Shown: positions 49,316 to 62,769 of the stretch, piece after piece | Position numbering within the stretch: the first letter of the stretch is position 1 | How the letters are laid out: each line of letters begins with the position of its first letter | Source of the DNA: Raillietiella orientalis | Lineage: Eukaryota | NCBI GenBank assembly: GCA_036172245.1 | Contig: JAYWIR010000010.1 | Coordinates: 434,001 to 498,000, forward strand | DNA length: 64,000 bases | Direction of reading: 5' to 3' | Translations under genes and position numbers: made by a program | The notes under the pieces: model-generated | Seen by the model: the letters and a program-made list of their open reading frames with translations, nothing else | Told to the model about the DNA's origin: nothing | Database searches by the model: none

Positions 49316-50049
49316 TTGTTTTAATCTGGCCGCGAAGTCTCTCGCTTTCTGTGAAGCTTCCAGACAGCAGGCTTGCCGGAGGGAGTGAAGAACGAGATCC
49401 GTGGGTGCTAAGCCAAGTCCGCATTACCACGCACCGACTTCTCAGGTCAGAAGACTCTGCTCGAAGATGCTCCCGCGTCTGCTAAGGTCAAGTGCAGGCC
49501 CATCACGAGTTGCGTGCGGAGCGCTGACCCGGAAGACAACCCGTACGTTCTTGCAGCAGGTCGTCAACGCTCGGTTTCGCTTGCTGCTGCCGCCACCGTC
49601 GGATATCCCAGATGGTGGCAACCCTTCAGTAGAATCAGGCGCAAACGAAAAGGACCTCGCTCAGGGGGGATGCTCAGGCCCTTGATGACTGGTTTGAAAT
49701 CTCTGGATGACCAGCGCGCAAGCGCGTCCGCTACCTCCCTCCCGGCTGCACATTTGCATCTGCCGGGCGTGTCCCAGCAAGCTCTCCGAATGATTCCCCG
49801 CGCGCGGGACAGCGTTCAGAGACCCTGGCTATTCGCCTGTTCGAGCGCTTCCGACGGCCTCCCAGTGGCGCGCCTCCGCCTCTGCTGGAAGGGGTCTTTG
49901 GGTTCGTTTCGTGTACACCGGGATGAATGGGTAAAAACAGGGAAAGGTACGGAACGAGAGGGAGTGGGGAACATGGAAAAGAAAATGAAGAAAGGCTGGG
50001 GACGAGGGTCACCAGTGTCCGCCGTTCCTTTACTTCAGAGTCGGCGCTG

Positions 50050-50560
50050 GATGCAGACGATCTCCTCCTTGACTTCTTCCTGCAGATGAGGTCACCCGGC
50101 AGCCGTCGTCCGCACGTAGGCGGCTGCCATCCCAGTGACCTCCCTTCGCTGCGTCGTCGCCTCCAGTACATGGCAGGCCGTGACGACGGCGCTGCGATGG
50201 CAGCGACCACCACGTCCGTTGACAGCACTCCCGGCGCGAAGAACCATCGCAACAGGTCGTGAGCGGAGTGCCCCCTCCTGGTGCAGGAGGAGCGCTGACG
50301 CCAGCCTCCGCCACAGCTCCCGGAGGACACCGCACTCCAAAAGCAGGTGCAGCGGGAATGACTTCACCAACCTACACCAGGAACAGCAGTTTGGGGATGC
50401 AGCCCCTGTGGAAACGAGGGTGCCGGCGCTCGTTGGTCTGGGTGCCCCGGCTGAGGGAGAGCAGCGCAGCCCTGCCTCCGGGAGACCGGGAGCTCAGAAG
50501 CGCTCAGGCATCGGGCAAGGACCACGAGTTCCTCGGGGAGCAACTCGCGGAAGAGTCCTG
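50050..50560 (+). mobile_element. Decayed LINE ORF2 thumb/post-RT fragment
   Basis: DFFLQMRSPGSRRPHVGGCHPSDLPSLRRRLQYMA is homologous to the minus-strand peptide at ~55100-55215; QPLWKRG downstream. Confidence 0.5.
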
Positions 50561-52499
50561 TCTCCATAGCACTTGAAGTGGGCAGCATCCGCCAACTCGC
50601 ACGTCTTCCAGCCACCAAGGAGTTTTGTCCTTCGTCCCGCGATGGCGCAGGAGAGCTCTCCCACCTTGCCGGTTGGCAGCTGTCGTCTTGTGCCCTCAGG
50701 GCAGACAGCGCTGCGGCAAGGGGGGTGGAGGCCAGTGTCGACCACTTTGCCTTGTCTTGGATTACCACTTCGGAAGGTCATGGTAGAAAGTGCCGCAGGG
50801 GACAAAGATCCTCGGGGCACCTTCTCTGGAACAAAGATCAGGACTCAACAGCCTCCTGCCTCCAGGCGTGGGGCTTCATTGGGCAGCGGGAGACCCGCGG
50901 AAAGGCTTTCTGGGAGGAGGAGAGTTGCTTCGGGGGGGAGCCAAATCCCACGTCCTGTAACGAGAGCACGGGAGTGACCAGAGAGGTCCTCCGCTGCTGG
51001 CGCACCTCCGTAAGGAGAGTCGCGCAGGCGCACGGAACGGGGGAAAGAGCAGAGGAAATCGGACAGCAGATCGAAGGGGGCGCTGAATATGCTCCTTCCC
51101 CTCTCCCTCTGATTCGATTCCCGGGTACCCCCCGGTGAGGAATGTTTCCGGAGCTGCGGCGTTGCGGCGCGCCCGCGCAGACGGAAGCGTCGCCGGACTG
51201 CCGCGCAAGCGCGGAGCAAAACCCCGGGTCGGAAAGGGCGACTCTCCCGAAAGACGGCCGGTGAAGAAGAGTCCGGAGGGCACTCTTGGCGATCTTCCAA
51301 GGTCGGCATCGATTCGAACCGGCGAGCGGCTTGTGATTTGCTCGCTCCTGGGACCTCGGACAGAGGAGCGGCGGAACGTGCGAGTCGGATCTTAGCCTAC
51401 GGATCGGAGGGGTGTGGCAAGAGGGAAGGAGGGGAAAGGGGGGGGAAGGTAGGCCCTCTCTGCCCCTGCAGTGAGCAGAGGGGCTGCAAGATCCCGAGGA
51501 GGCAGCGAGCGTGGAGGTTTCGAGTGTTCTTGAAAAGAGGGCGGGCAAAGCGTCCAAGAAACGTCCGACGCGCACGACGGGGACCTGAGATGAGTCATCA
51601 AGAAAAGACAAAGAGCGGCGGAGGAAAGCGGAGACTCAGGGAGGAATTCCAACTATTCGGGGGGGCGACGGTGCTTCAAGAGGCCGGAAAGAACGACGGC
51701 GGGGCGGGGTGGCCGAAGAAGACGCGCTGATTTACCGCGCGCGCGCAACCACCTCACTGCCGGCACTGTCGGGAAGGCCGGAGAGGTGGGAGCCAGCGGG
51801 GAAGAGATCTGGCCTCTCTCCCTGAAGACCAGCGGTGATCCCCATCCCTGCCCCCCGCGGCCGGCGGCGGCTGCATTTCCTTGAGAAAGCGCGAGGAAGA
51901 AGGGGTACTGGCGTCGCTCCGGGAGGTGCGCTCCCCCCCAAGCGTCTCGTGGGAATCCGCTCTCCACCTGACCGACGTCGTCGGAGGGTATTTGCGGGAG
52001 AGGCGAGGTGGGGCGAGCCTTCCGTTGCTGGCGAGCGGGCCGAGCAGGCCTCTGTGCCAGTGCGGGGGGACTCCGCGGAGACGGACGTCACGTGACGGGA
52101 GGCTCGTCCGTCCGCTTCCCCCTTCTCGCAATGGCCCGGAGGACACTCCCCCCCTCTTCCACCAGGGTCGTCCGATGCTTCGCCGCCGCCGCCAGATCAA
52201 CAGCTGATCGCCAGCCGAAACCACCTGATGGCAACGCATGGGATGCCGGCGGCTGATTGTTCTTTTTCCCTTGTTGCTTCTTTCTTTCTTCCCCCCCCCC
52301 CCCCCAGCAAGAGGACGGACGACAGCCCTCCTCTTTTGATGCCCTCTGACATTTTCTTTGGAGCTTTTGGCTCCTGCGATCCCCGTGCGACGGTTGGCAC
52401 CTCCTGGGCAACTCCTTTCTGGAGTTGCCACCGGGTCACGCAAACGAGACCAGTAAACTCACGACCTTCGTTGTGGGGTGCATAGCTCCCTTCCTTCAC

Positions 52500-53165
52500 A
52501 ATCGATTCTGCAACGGACCTGCCGGGTCGGCGGTACGAAGACCGGCTGGGGTGAGCTCGGCAGCGGAGGGAAATATGGGAGAAAACAAAGAGAAAGAATA
52601 AATAAAAATAAATAGGAACAATTAGCAGGGTCGGGAGGAGACCACTGTCCGCTGTAGGGGACCTAGCTGCATCCTTTCCAGTATACCGGCTAGGTCGTCC
52701 GAATAGGTTCCAACTGGGGCCATTTGGCCGCTATCCGTGGGAAGCGAACGGCAATCTGGACGGCGTCCCTCCCGTCTCTCCCTCTGTCGGCTTCTCTCCA
52801 GGACGCCACGATCCCGCGGATGCAGCAGAGCGCTGCTGGGGCTGAGGAAGGCCATCATCCCTCACGAAAAGGAGACGCGAAACGTCCCTGGGGTTGCCAT
52901 GGGGGGTCCGTAGGGCCTCCCCCAAACATTCCCCCTCATAGAGGCTGGAAGGTAACGCAGTCCATAAGCAGACGCGGGAGGGATTCGTCCCGCATCTGCG
53001 ACAGACTGGGCTCCCCGACGTCCAGTAGTGTCGGCGGGAGTTGCAGGGAAAACCTCGGTGCAACGGCAGAAGTGCCGACCCCTTGCCACTTCAGGGGGGG
53101 AAGAAGAGGGGCGGCATCAGGGGCGACGGCGCTTCTTGGGCGGCCGATGAGGTTGGGGTGCGACA
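52500..53165 (-). mobile_element. Diverged LINE 3'-end copy H
   Basis: PPLKWQ...HRGFPCNSRRHYWTSGSPVCRRCG/DESLPRLLMDC...DDLAGILERMQ; UTR element 52519-52563. Confidence 0.88.
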
Positions 53166-54899
53166 AGTGACCATTCCCTGAACGCCTCGGCCTTTCGCTG
53201 CTCGACGGCGAAGAATTTTCGGAAACCCGGAAGCTGCGGGATCTCCGCGACATCCTCTGCTTCGGCGCGACGCGACGGAGGTGCTTCCGCCCAACCACTG
53301 CGTCCAGGCCAAGGTGAGTGCCACCGGCTCTTTCGCTGCTTCCTGCTTCTTTCTAGGGGAACCCGAGAGCCAGTCTCCAGGATGGATGCGGGATGCGTCA
53401 TCGGTGGTTGCCGCTGGTTTCCTCACAGCAGGTTTTCCTCCTGCTTCTTTCTTTCTCTCTCTCTCTCTCTCTTTTTACCTGCGTGCTTGGTTTGTCTCGT
53501 CTTCGGGGGTTGGCGGGACTGCACCAAAGGCCGGATGCTGAATACATCTCCGCTGCACCATCCGTCCACGCGGAGCGTCTCGTTCGGCGTCCGCGATGGC
53601 CGGGATGGACGACTTCTTGCCTGGCCTCCTCGCTTTGCTCCTCTGCCGTGTCGCCCCCGATCGCCCCTGGAAACCCCTCAGCACCCCAACCCCTTCGCGC
53701 TCCCTGAGCACAGAGGAGCCGAGGGTGGCGGTGTTCCGTCCGCTCCGACCCGTAGGTCGAGCGCGCTCCCATGAATCCACCGAAGCCCACGGCTTCGATA
53801 GATGGGCAGATGAAGGCATTCCAGGAGAAGTTTGGGAGTCATGGGAACGAGGCCTAAAAGAACTTCCATCCCTACCTTTCTCTCTTCTTGTTCTTCGTCT
53901 CTCTCGCTCTTTCCTCTTTTTCTCCCCACCCCCTATCCTCTCTCTCTCTCTCTCTCTTTTTTTAGAGAAACTCGCGCGCGTTTTTGGTTCCTTCATCCGG
54001 AAAGCCCAGGGGCCGCTTCTTGACGATTCAGGCCCCGAGCGGTTCACTTCGTGGGGTCGGGACTTGTCTTGAGGAGAGGGCAACCGACGTCTCTGCTCGC
54101 GCAGGACGGGGCAGCGGTCTGGAAGCCAGGTGGCTCACGGAGGAAGACGGGAGCCTCTCCGTGCTGCGTGATACGCGCGGATGCCACTCTTGCAGGGGAT
54201 GGGGGGCGGTCGCGCTTTCTTGCCCTGGCATCGCACTGTGGGGAAGAAAAATTCCCCGAATCAATGAAAACCCGGAGGGAACGGAGTCCCGTCCGCACGG
54301 GGGAGGACGACCCGCACGCGAACCTGCGAAAAGGTTGCCTCGTCGCGCTCCGTCGCCACCCCGAGAGCTTCAACCGCGCGAGCCGGCAGTACCGAATTCT
54401 GGAAGCGCGCCGGCGATGGGAGGAGGGCGTGCCTCGCCGTCACGCAGGCGGTTCCGCGGAGCGAAAGGGGGAGGGGGGACAGGCCCGCCAGAAGAACCGT
54501 CCGGGGGGAGGGTGGACATTCCCAGAAACCCTCCCCACGGGCTACGGGACGGAAGCGAACGAGAGGGAGCCGCTCTGGCCGAACGGGATGCGTGCGGCGG
54601 ACTTCCCCTGCGTGCCCGAAGCGTGTGAGAGTTAAGGGTCAGCCCGACGTGCCCGCAGGTGACCAGTTCTTCGCCTCCCGGAAGGGAACGCCCCCTTCCC
54701 CCTCCATCCCCTCGCCGACTGTTCTCGCCGCCCTGGGTGGACCCTCCGCATGCCGTCCGTCCGCGGAGGTCTGAGGCCGACCTCGCCGTTCACGTACGGC
54801 CACCAATCGGACATCCGCGGACCCATCGGCACGTCGCGAGTCCCGAGCACAAGATGTACACATGTTCGCATGGTTACACATATGATGGTTCCCCGAACT

Positions 54900-55230
54900 G
54901 TTCCAGGAGACGCAGGGCAATGGGATGGTTCCCCCGCCCCTCTTGTTGGGACAGCTGCGCCCTGGGGGACGCGTGGCAGCGGCGACTCGCTCCATCGCGG
55001 ACCGCGGGACCCCCCACCTCCACCCGCTTTAGACCTGCTGCAGCGCTTCTTCCCGCAAGGCAGACTTGCCGTGATGACAACGGGTGCCATCGATTCGTGC
55101 CGTGGGGACAGACTGCCGTGCACTGGAGCCTCGTTCTCAGCGAAGGCATGGCAGCCGCCTTGGCGAGGACGGCTGCAAGGTGGTCTCATCTGCCATAAGA
55201 GGTCATCAGGGAGGTCGCCACCGTGCACAG
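54900..55230 (-). mobile_element. Decayed LINE ORF2 thumb fragment
   Basis: DDLLWQMRPPCSRPRQGGCH/MPSLRTRLQCTAV; GG-x-PxL motif, homologous to 50050-50200. Confidence 0.5.
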
Positions 55231-58200
55231 TCGCTTTTAGAAAGAAAGGGAGGAACAGAACCAAAGACCCTCTGTCCCTACATACCCTCCCGTCTTCTTT
55301 CACTTATTTATTTCTTGTCCCCTCCCTCCCTTCCCTAATTTTTTTAGGGGCCGGTCTGCATGCCGGAAGTCGTCCCAACGAGGTCCGATTCTTCGCACAA
55401 CAGCCAAAAAAAAAAAAAAGCTCTCGTCTCTTTGCGGGCGCGCGCTGCTCTGCAGACTCCGTGCGAGGGTGGCCGGCCGAGGAGGAGAGGGAGGAATGCA
55501 GGGATCACTCCGAACGGCGAATCGGAGACGTCAGCGGCTTTTGGCTGCTGGAGGAACCCTCGCTGGAAGGAGGAGGCACAAAAAGGGCAGGGGGAAAAGA
55601 AGGGTGGAAGGAAGGGAGGCCCTTCGAGTCGACGGACGGCGCTTCGCGATGAACGCACGCAGACGCATGGGTGGAGGGTGGAGGGGGGGAGAAGAGAAGA
55701 GAAGGTTTACCCTGCGAAACTACCCCGAATCCCGGTACTGCCGGAATCGGGAGCCGCCGAGACTCCCGAACCCCTCTCGGCATCGCCATGGCAACAATGC
55801 GGTCCAATGGCTAGTCGAGTCGAGACGAGGCGAGTACGGGAGGGGAACCGAAGAGCGCTGCGGCGAAGGAAGGAGAGGCAAAAGTCCAGCGTGGGAACCC
55901 GCAATTAGTTCGGGGACCGCGCCGGGAGCTTCGAATTTTTTCGAAGGAGGCCGGGATGCGACGGGCGCGCCTCGCAGCGCCTCGCCGAGCGAACCGGCGG
56001 GACCCACGGCGGGCCGCGAGGCGGCGGCGGACGCCCGGCGAAAGGAGGAGAGGCGCAGGGGCGCAAAAAGGCAAGGCGTCCGCCGCGATGCCGGCCTGGT
56101 CATTAACAATGGAACTGTCGATAATCCCAAGGAAGGGAAACGATCATCAATAATTCCAGCAGCCGAGAGAGAGCATTCCACCAGGAGAGCGGCCGGGGAT
56201 GACGGGAAGGAAGGGAGGGGGGGATGAGTTTGATTGGAGGGAAAAGGGTGGCGGAATGCAACCGAAACGAAAAAAATAAAGATGGAGGACGGAGTCGCTG
56301 CTCGCCCGCCCCTCGAGGTGCTGAAGCGCGCGGCTTGAATCACGCAGCGGGCTCTTCCCCCTCTGTCTTGGACTTTGGGGCTGCGTTTCGGAGGCTGGAT
56401 GCCCCCCCCCCTTCGCCCCCCAACGCAAGATGCAGGACCACCGCGAGAATCGCCAGTGCGGCGCGCGGCTTTCGAAGCGGCCGGAAGAGCGCCGTTCGCG
56501 CGGCGACCGCCAACCTCTTCGGGGGCGTCGCGGCGTCTCTGGAAGTTCGCGCGCGCCCCCATCGCGGGTCCGGTAGGGGGAGCGGAACTCCCGGGCGCGC
56601 GCGCGCGTAGTCGCCGCCGGCACCGGCCCACTCACACGAACCGCAACCCGAAATTTCGGAGGGCGGCATCACCAGGAACGGTGGCGGCGGGGAGCGCCAC
56701 CGTCGCCCCGGTGCGCGGTAGCTCGCTCTCGGAGCGGGGTTTGAGCCTCCCGAAGACCTTCCGCGACCCGAAGAGCCCTTTCCCTTTCCGCGCGTCCCCT
56801 TCTGGGCTCCGCGCACGCTTCGCGCGAGGAGAGAGGGCTCCGACGCCGCCCCCTGGTGCGACGTCGCAGCAAATCCATCTTGAAGAGTCTCTGCTCCGCG
56901 AAAGCGACGAACAGAGCGTCCGCCGCACAGAATGTCCTTGCCGCCGACAATCGCGCCTTCTTTCAGCTCCTTTTTTGCTTCGCGTTGTTTGTTTGTTTGT
57001 TTGTTTGTTTGTTTTGCATTGCCTCGGGCATCGAATGGAAGCGTCGCTGGCGCGCCACTCGCCACAGACGATCCGCGCAGCTCCAAGCATGGCAAGACTC
57101 TGCAGGTCGGCTTCCGCGACGAAGGGATAGATGTCAGGAGCAGTCCGCGGGACGACGTTCCCCGATCCGGCGGCAGATGTCAGGAGAGGCTCCTCGGCGA
57201 GCTCCCTGCCTACGATGGGACCGGATGCTGCGGAGAGGTTTTCGCCTGTATCGGGGGGATGCAACAGATTTTCCGGATCACGGCGCCGTGTTTTCTTTTG
57301 TTTTCTCTGGGCGAACGGGTCGACGGCTCGGTGCAGCCCGCTCGGACGCGCTCGAGCGTTCAGGCGGAGGACAGAGAGCGCGCGTAGCAGGAAGCGCAGC
57401 GAGGAGCGAGTGACGTGTATCGGAAAACGAAAGGAAGTTGCGGAATGGACATCCGCTGCGCCCGGGTTGGCGTGTAGGTCGCGCGCGCGCGCGCTCCCGT
57501 CGTCTCCAGGGCTCGGCGTGCGCTGACGGAGCAGGGGAGAGACGCAAGGCGGCGCGCCGGTGCTGCTCGCAGCACGCGGCGACAGCGGCGTGAAGCGTCA
57601 GACAGACGACCGGCGCAGCCAACCAACCCTTCCCCCTTCCTCCCCCGTCTGCGCCCGCGCGGAGTTCTCCTCCACCCCTTTCCCAAGTGGCTTCCTGCGT
57701 GCTCCGGGCTGCTGCCGTGCCTCCCTGCGTGCGGCGGAGCCTTTCCTCCACGGTGCACCGCGCCCAGGGGCGACGCCGGTTCGCTCGCCGAGTCAGGTCC
57801 GGAGGCGTGTAGCCCCGCGTTGCCTCCGAGCGCCAGGGAGGACGCTGCCACGGAATCCGACCGGAGGCCCCCCTTGCCGCCTCAGCGACCCTGCCCGAGG
57901 AAGGAATGGACGGCTGCCCCTGGCCCCTCCGGACTAGGGCTCGCAGACCCGAGAACCCCTTTCCAGGGGCGCGCGGTGAAGCCTCAGGAAGAGCCCGGAG
58001 GGCCGCCCCGAGGCAATCTCCACAGGCGCCCCTCGAGCGGGAGGCGGTCCCAGCAGTGCGGCCCTTCGCACCCGACCCCCTCCTTTCCCTCTGCCCCGCG
58101 CTCCCGGCGTCGCTCCGCGGGGTCATTGACGCCTCCGCAGGGCGTCCGCCTCCGCTGATCCTGCCGCTACCGGATCCCGGGAGAGCAGCGCAGGGGCAAG

Positions 58201-59439
58201 GGAGAGACCCCCCGCCAGGGGTCTCGAGCTGCGAGGAGGGGGCGGGGCGAGCGAGCGCCCTCCTGCGCCGAGGAACTAGCGAAGTGTCCCGGGAAGTTCC
58301 TTCTTTCCTCCTCCCCCTCCGCAGAGGGTGCATCTCATGCTGCAGGTAGACCCCGCGGAGCACTCGCGCGCACCCCAGTACGCTCCTCCTCCCTCTCTGC
58401 CTTCCCTGGAGCCAAGAGGTGCACTTCCTCCCCCTCTGGAGTGAAGGAGAGCGCCGTGACCTTCCGGTTGGTGTCCGGCCCCGGGCGCGCGCCCCGTGAC
58501 CTCCGGAGGCCGCAGGCTGCGCGGCGGCAGCCACCGTGACATCAGGCCCGAACGAGGTCCATGAACGAGGGCGGCGGCGCTGGGGCCCTCGGGGCAAGGA
58601 AGCGGCGGCAAACGGAAGAAGAAGAAGAAGAAGAAGAGCGAGCGGCTGCGGCGGAAGCTGCGACGAAGCCCGGCCGCGTTGCCACGGAGGCGCCTGCCTC
58701 CGGGTAGGCACGGAAAGCGGCGCCCTCTTCCTAGAAAACCGGGGAGCGAGACGACCCCGCGCCTGCGGATCTTCCCGAAGAGGGAGGAGGGATCGACCCG
58801 GGGGACGCTTCCGCCGCCTCGACGAGCGCGCCACGGTGGCGACCGTCGCGACCTCGGGACGGCAGGCGAGTTCACGACGCAGCGACGACGACGTGACCCA
58901 GGCCAACAGGGGGTGGGGGGTTGCCCTCACAAGCAGGGGCTTCTGAGTCTTGCTCTGCCGCCCCGCAGGGGCGCCGGGACCGCGCGAGGAGGGCCGCCAG
59001 AGGGCTGCCTCCTCCGAGGACGGAGAGCTCCGGAGAGGAGGGGGATGGTTGGTGGGCGGAGCGTCGAGAGGGCACGCGGAGGACGACGGGCAGGGAGACG
59101 GAAAGAGAGGGAGGGAGGAGAGGGCACACCCGATGCCGCGCGGGTGCGCGGTCCCCGCAGGACCCCCCGTCAACACAGGCGGCACGGGAACTTCGTGAAC
59201 CTCCCGCAGCCGCGGCCCCCGGCTGCGTGGCCAGCCGCAAAAGGGCACACCGGAAAAGCAAAAGAAACGCCGGAAGGGCGAGGGTGACAGCTGCAGCAGC
59301 TGCAGCACGCGGGGGGGCACCGCCGCCGTCCGCGGGCGACGCGCTGCGGGCGATGGTGGCGGTTCGAAGGAGAGGAGCGACGAACGGGCGTCCTCCCGAG
59401 TCGGGGGTGCGAGTTCACCCGAGGAGGCGCTCACCACAC

Positions 59440-59630
59440 CCTTGAAGAGGAGGAGGAAGAGGAGCTGGAAGGGAAGAGGAAAAGGAGGGAGGGAAGGGGA
59501 AGAGAAGGGAAGAAGAAGACGAAGAAGGGAGAAGAGGAGGAGGAGGAGGAGGAATGGGGCAGGAGGAGAAGACAAAGAAGAGGAGTAAGGGAGAAAGGAG
59601 GAGGAAGAGAAGGGAAGAGGACGAGGAGTA
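59440..59630. repeat. Low-complexity polypurine (GAG/GAA) tract
   Basis: About 190 nt almost entirely G/A. Confidence 0.85.
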
Positions 59631-62600
59631 GTAGCTGTGGAAACGCGGGCTGCAGCAGATTCCGAGGAGCCACGCCCTTTCCAGGAGGCGAAATTCGATG
59701 GTGGCGCCTCGCCACCGGAGGAGAGGGGTCGGTCGGGAGTTACCCGGGCGTGGAGGAAGCGAGCGCTCCTCCTTGCGCCGCGCTTCCGGGATGCAGGGAC
59801 GCAGGCGGACGTGGCGGGCACCTGCCCTGTGCGCGCCACCCTGCCCGTCGTGGCGCGGCCCGGATGGAGATGGAGGCGGGGGCCTCGCCTTCCTTGAGTT
59901 GGGAGGAAGAGCGGGGGGAGGGGACGGGGTGAGAGGAGGAGGAGTTTCCGCGAGTCTCGCGAGGGTCTCTCCTGCAAGGATTTCGGAAGCGCGCTGGGAG
60001 GAGGCGGTAAGAGTCGTCCGCGCGTCGGAATGGGCGCTTTCCCGTTTTGTTTTGAACGGGAAGTAACGGGACCGCGTCCTCCGCGGTGCGCGGCATTGTT
60101 CCGCGGAGGGCAATAATGGGGGTGGCGGGGGAAGAAGAAAGGGGGGAGGAAAGGAAAGCATCGACAACAGGAGAGGTTCCTCGCAGCACGTCCGCGTCGC
60201 CATGGATTCCGGACTTCGGAATTCGGGTCCGGGGAGCCTCCGAATTCCTTCCTTGTTAGCTCCTCCGGCTCTCCCCCCTTCCTTCCTCCGCTCCTGCTGC
60301 GCCACCCGGTGAAGCTGGGAATCTTCTCGACCGGATGCTGCGATCCGAGCTCAGCGACTGATTCCCCGACGGCCCCATGGCCCCGGGGCAGAGCCGCGAC
60401 GATTGGTTCTCGGTACCCCCGAGGAGGGGGCGCTAAGGTTTCGTGAAGCCGGAGGGGAAGGGGGGTGGAAAGCAGTAAAGGGCAAAGGCGCGGAGGGGAC
60501 TCCCTCCTCCGATCCGAACCGGTGAGATGGGGGAGCAGCGAGAGTTCGCGGATGCTGGCCAGAGAGACCCCTCGCCCCACCCCGACCCTTCCCCAAAGCA
60601 CGCTCTCTCCTCCTCCTGGACGCCCCTCTCCCAGTGGTCAGCGCTGCCGCACGGTTCGCTCCACTCCGCCTTATCGATCGTCCTTCAAATTCTTCCCGGA
60701 CCCGCGAGAGGGCGGGCGCTCGGCAGAGCAGCCGCTCGGATGAAGGAGCTCGCGGATCAGCCATGTAGAACGGAGAGAGCGAGTTCGCCTGGATCCGTCC
60801 GTTGCCTGGAAACCACGCGATGGAAGGAAATGGACGTTTCCTCGACGACGCCGTTCGCGCCGGCATCTCTCGAGAACACCCGAGCGATTGTCTTCCCTCT
60901 TTTTGCTTCTCCCGCTCTCCTTCCGGCTTCCTCTGTCTGCTTCTGCATCCTCCCTTCCTCCCGTTCCATCTCTTCGGACGCTCAGTGGGAGCCCCCACGT
61001 GCTTCCCGCCCGGGCCCACCTCTCGCGCACAGCATACGTTCCTCGTGGGGTCAATCCCTCAGATAACTGGCAGGGCCCGGGATCCCATCCTGCTCCCCAC
61101 GGAAGGCGTGACTGGGAGGACCTCCTGCATTCTGGAGCGCCGCGCGGCGCCGCTTCCCTGCGACCCCGACCAGGAAATTTCGCGGCTCCAGGAGGCTCTC
61201 TGGATGGGACCGCAGCGGTGCTGCCCTGCGGAGGGAAAAGAAGTTCCTCATCGCGCAGGTAGCCGAGGACAGGGCGGGCACGAAGCCGTCATGCGGGTCG
61301 CGGCTTCACCCCGTTCCATCTCCGGCCAATTCCGCCGGGTACGGGGGTGTCCCAGACGACGTCGCGATGGGAGCGGCTCGGCGAAAGCGCCTCCGAGCCG
61401 CTCCTGGAACTCAAAGGGTAGGGACCACGGCAGAGGGTCAGCGGACAAAGGGGAGGAAGAAAGGAGGAGGACGAAGAAGGGAGGAAAAGGGAGGAGGAAG
61501 GCAAGATTGCAGCGGCTGCACAAACGAGAATGACGTCAGCGCACGAAAGGGAAAAAACAAGGAGACAGAAGAAAACCCCTTCGAGACCACGAATACGTGG
61601 AATGCAGCGGTACGGTTGCTACGCAACGTACTCCGATCAGGTTGATCAGGAGTCAGAAGGTGCGAGTAGAGCCGGCGAGGATGGGTGCCGGCGCAAGAGG
61701 AGAGAGATCCCGGCGTTTGCCGGTGACCGCGAGGAAGGTCGCCCGCCCCATCCCAGCGGGGCGGAACGCGCCGCGGAAGCCACGGAGGCGAACGCTGCCG
61801 CCGAGGTGTGTCGCCACCGCGTGTGCCCACGGAGGTCCTTCGGGAAAATTTCGATTTCTCCCTGCGAAGCGGCCGACGGTAGCCGAATATGCAAATGAGA
61901 GCAGCATCCTCAGCTGCGACGGATTACGCCCTATTAATCTTCCTTCCTGTTGCTTGGAATTGATTGCTTATCAACGAATTTATGATTCATCTCTGCTCAC
62001 GTGAGAGTCCTCAAAGTGGTTGTCAGGGCGAAATGCTCGAAAGGGCAAAAAGTATTTCGTATTCCGGGAGAAAGACTTTGGATGAGTGGCGCGGTCACGT
62101 GACTTAATGGATAATCAATGCAAACAGCTCCTCATTTGCCCGGCGTCTAGAAATTTCCGACTTTACCCGTGGAGAAGGGATCGCGACGCAGTTCGGCGAC
62201 GCGCGCGCGTGCGCGGCGCGTGCGGGCGGGTGGCGCGTTCCCAGGGCGCCGTGGGGGCTACGCGCATCACGGACGGGGGAGGGGACGAACGCGCGCGATC
62301 CGGGAATGCAAATGACGTCAGATCCTCCAGATCGATTATCAGCCGCGATCAATTCCGTTTGCCCCCAACGACTCCCCCCTCAAAAAGGCGAAGAGAAAGA
62401 TGAAGAAGGCGGAGGAGCAGGCAGAGGACCACCATGCCACCCATAGGATGCATGCAGAGCGAGCGCGCACGGATCTTCCGCTTTGCTCGGCTCGCACTGC
62501 TCTGGCAGCCCAAGGAGGGGGAGCAGGGAACAGCAGCTCCGTGCACCGAAAGAGTCCCCCTAACTCTGCGCCCGGGCCGGCATCCAAGGAACTCACAGGG

Positions 62601-62769
62601 GGTGACCGCCGGTGCGGCTCGGAGCGGTTCGCTGCTGAGGGCAAGAAGGACGATTCACGCTGTGCGTCTCGAGCTGGTCCCCAGGGCATCTCTGCGTGGA
62701 GGGGGAAGGGGGAAGACTCTGGCCGCAAGCAAAGAGAGCGACACCCAGCGGAACTTGGTGGAATCAGCG

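Noticed and set aside
57278..60601. 1107-aa minus-strand ORF
   Set aside because: Low-complexity R/P/S/G/A-rich translation crossing simple repeats, no recognisable domain; expected by chance in GC-rich DNA.
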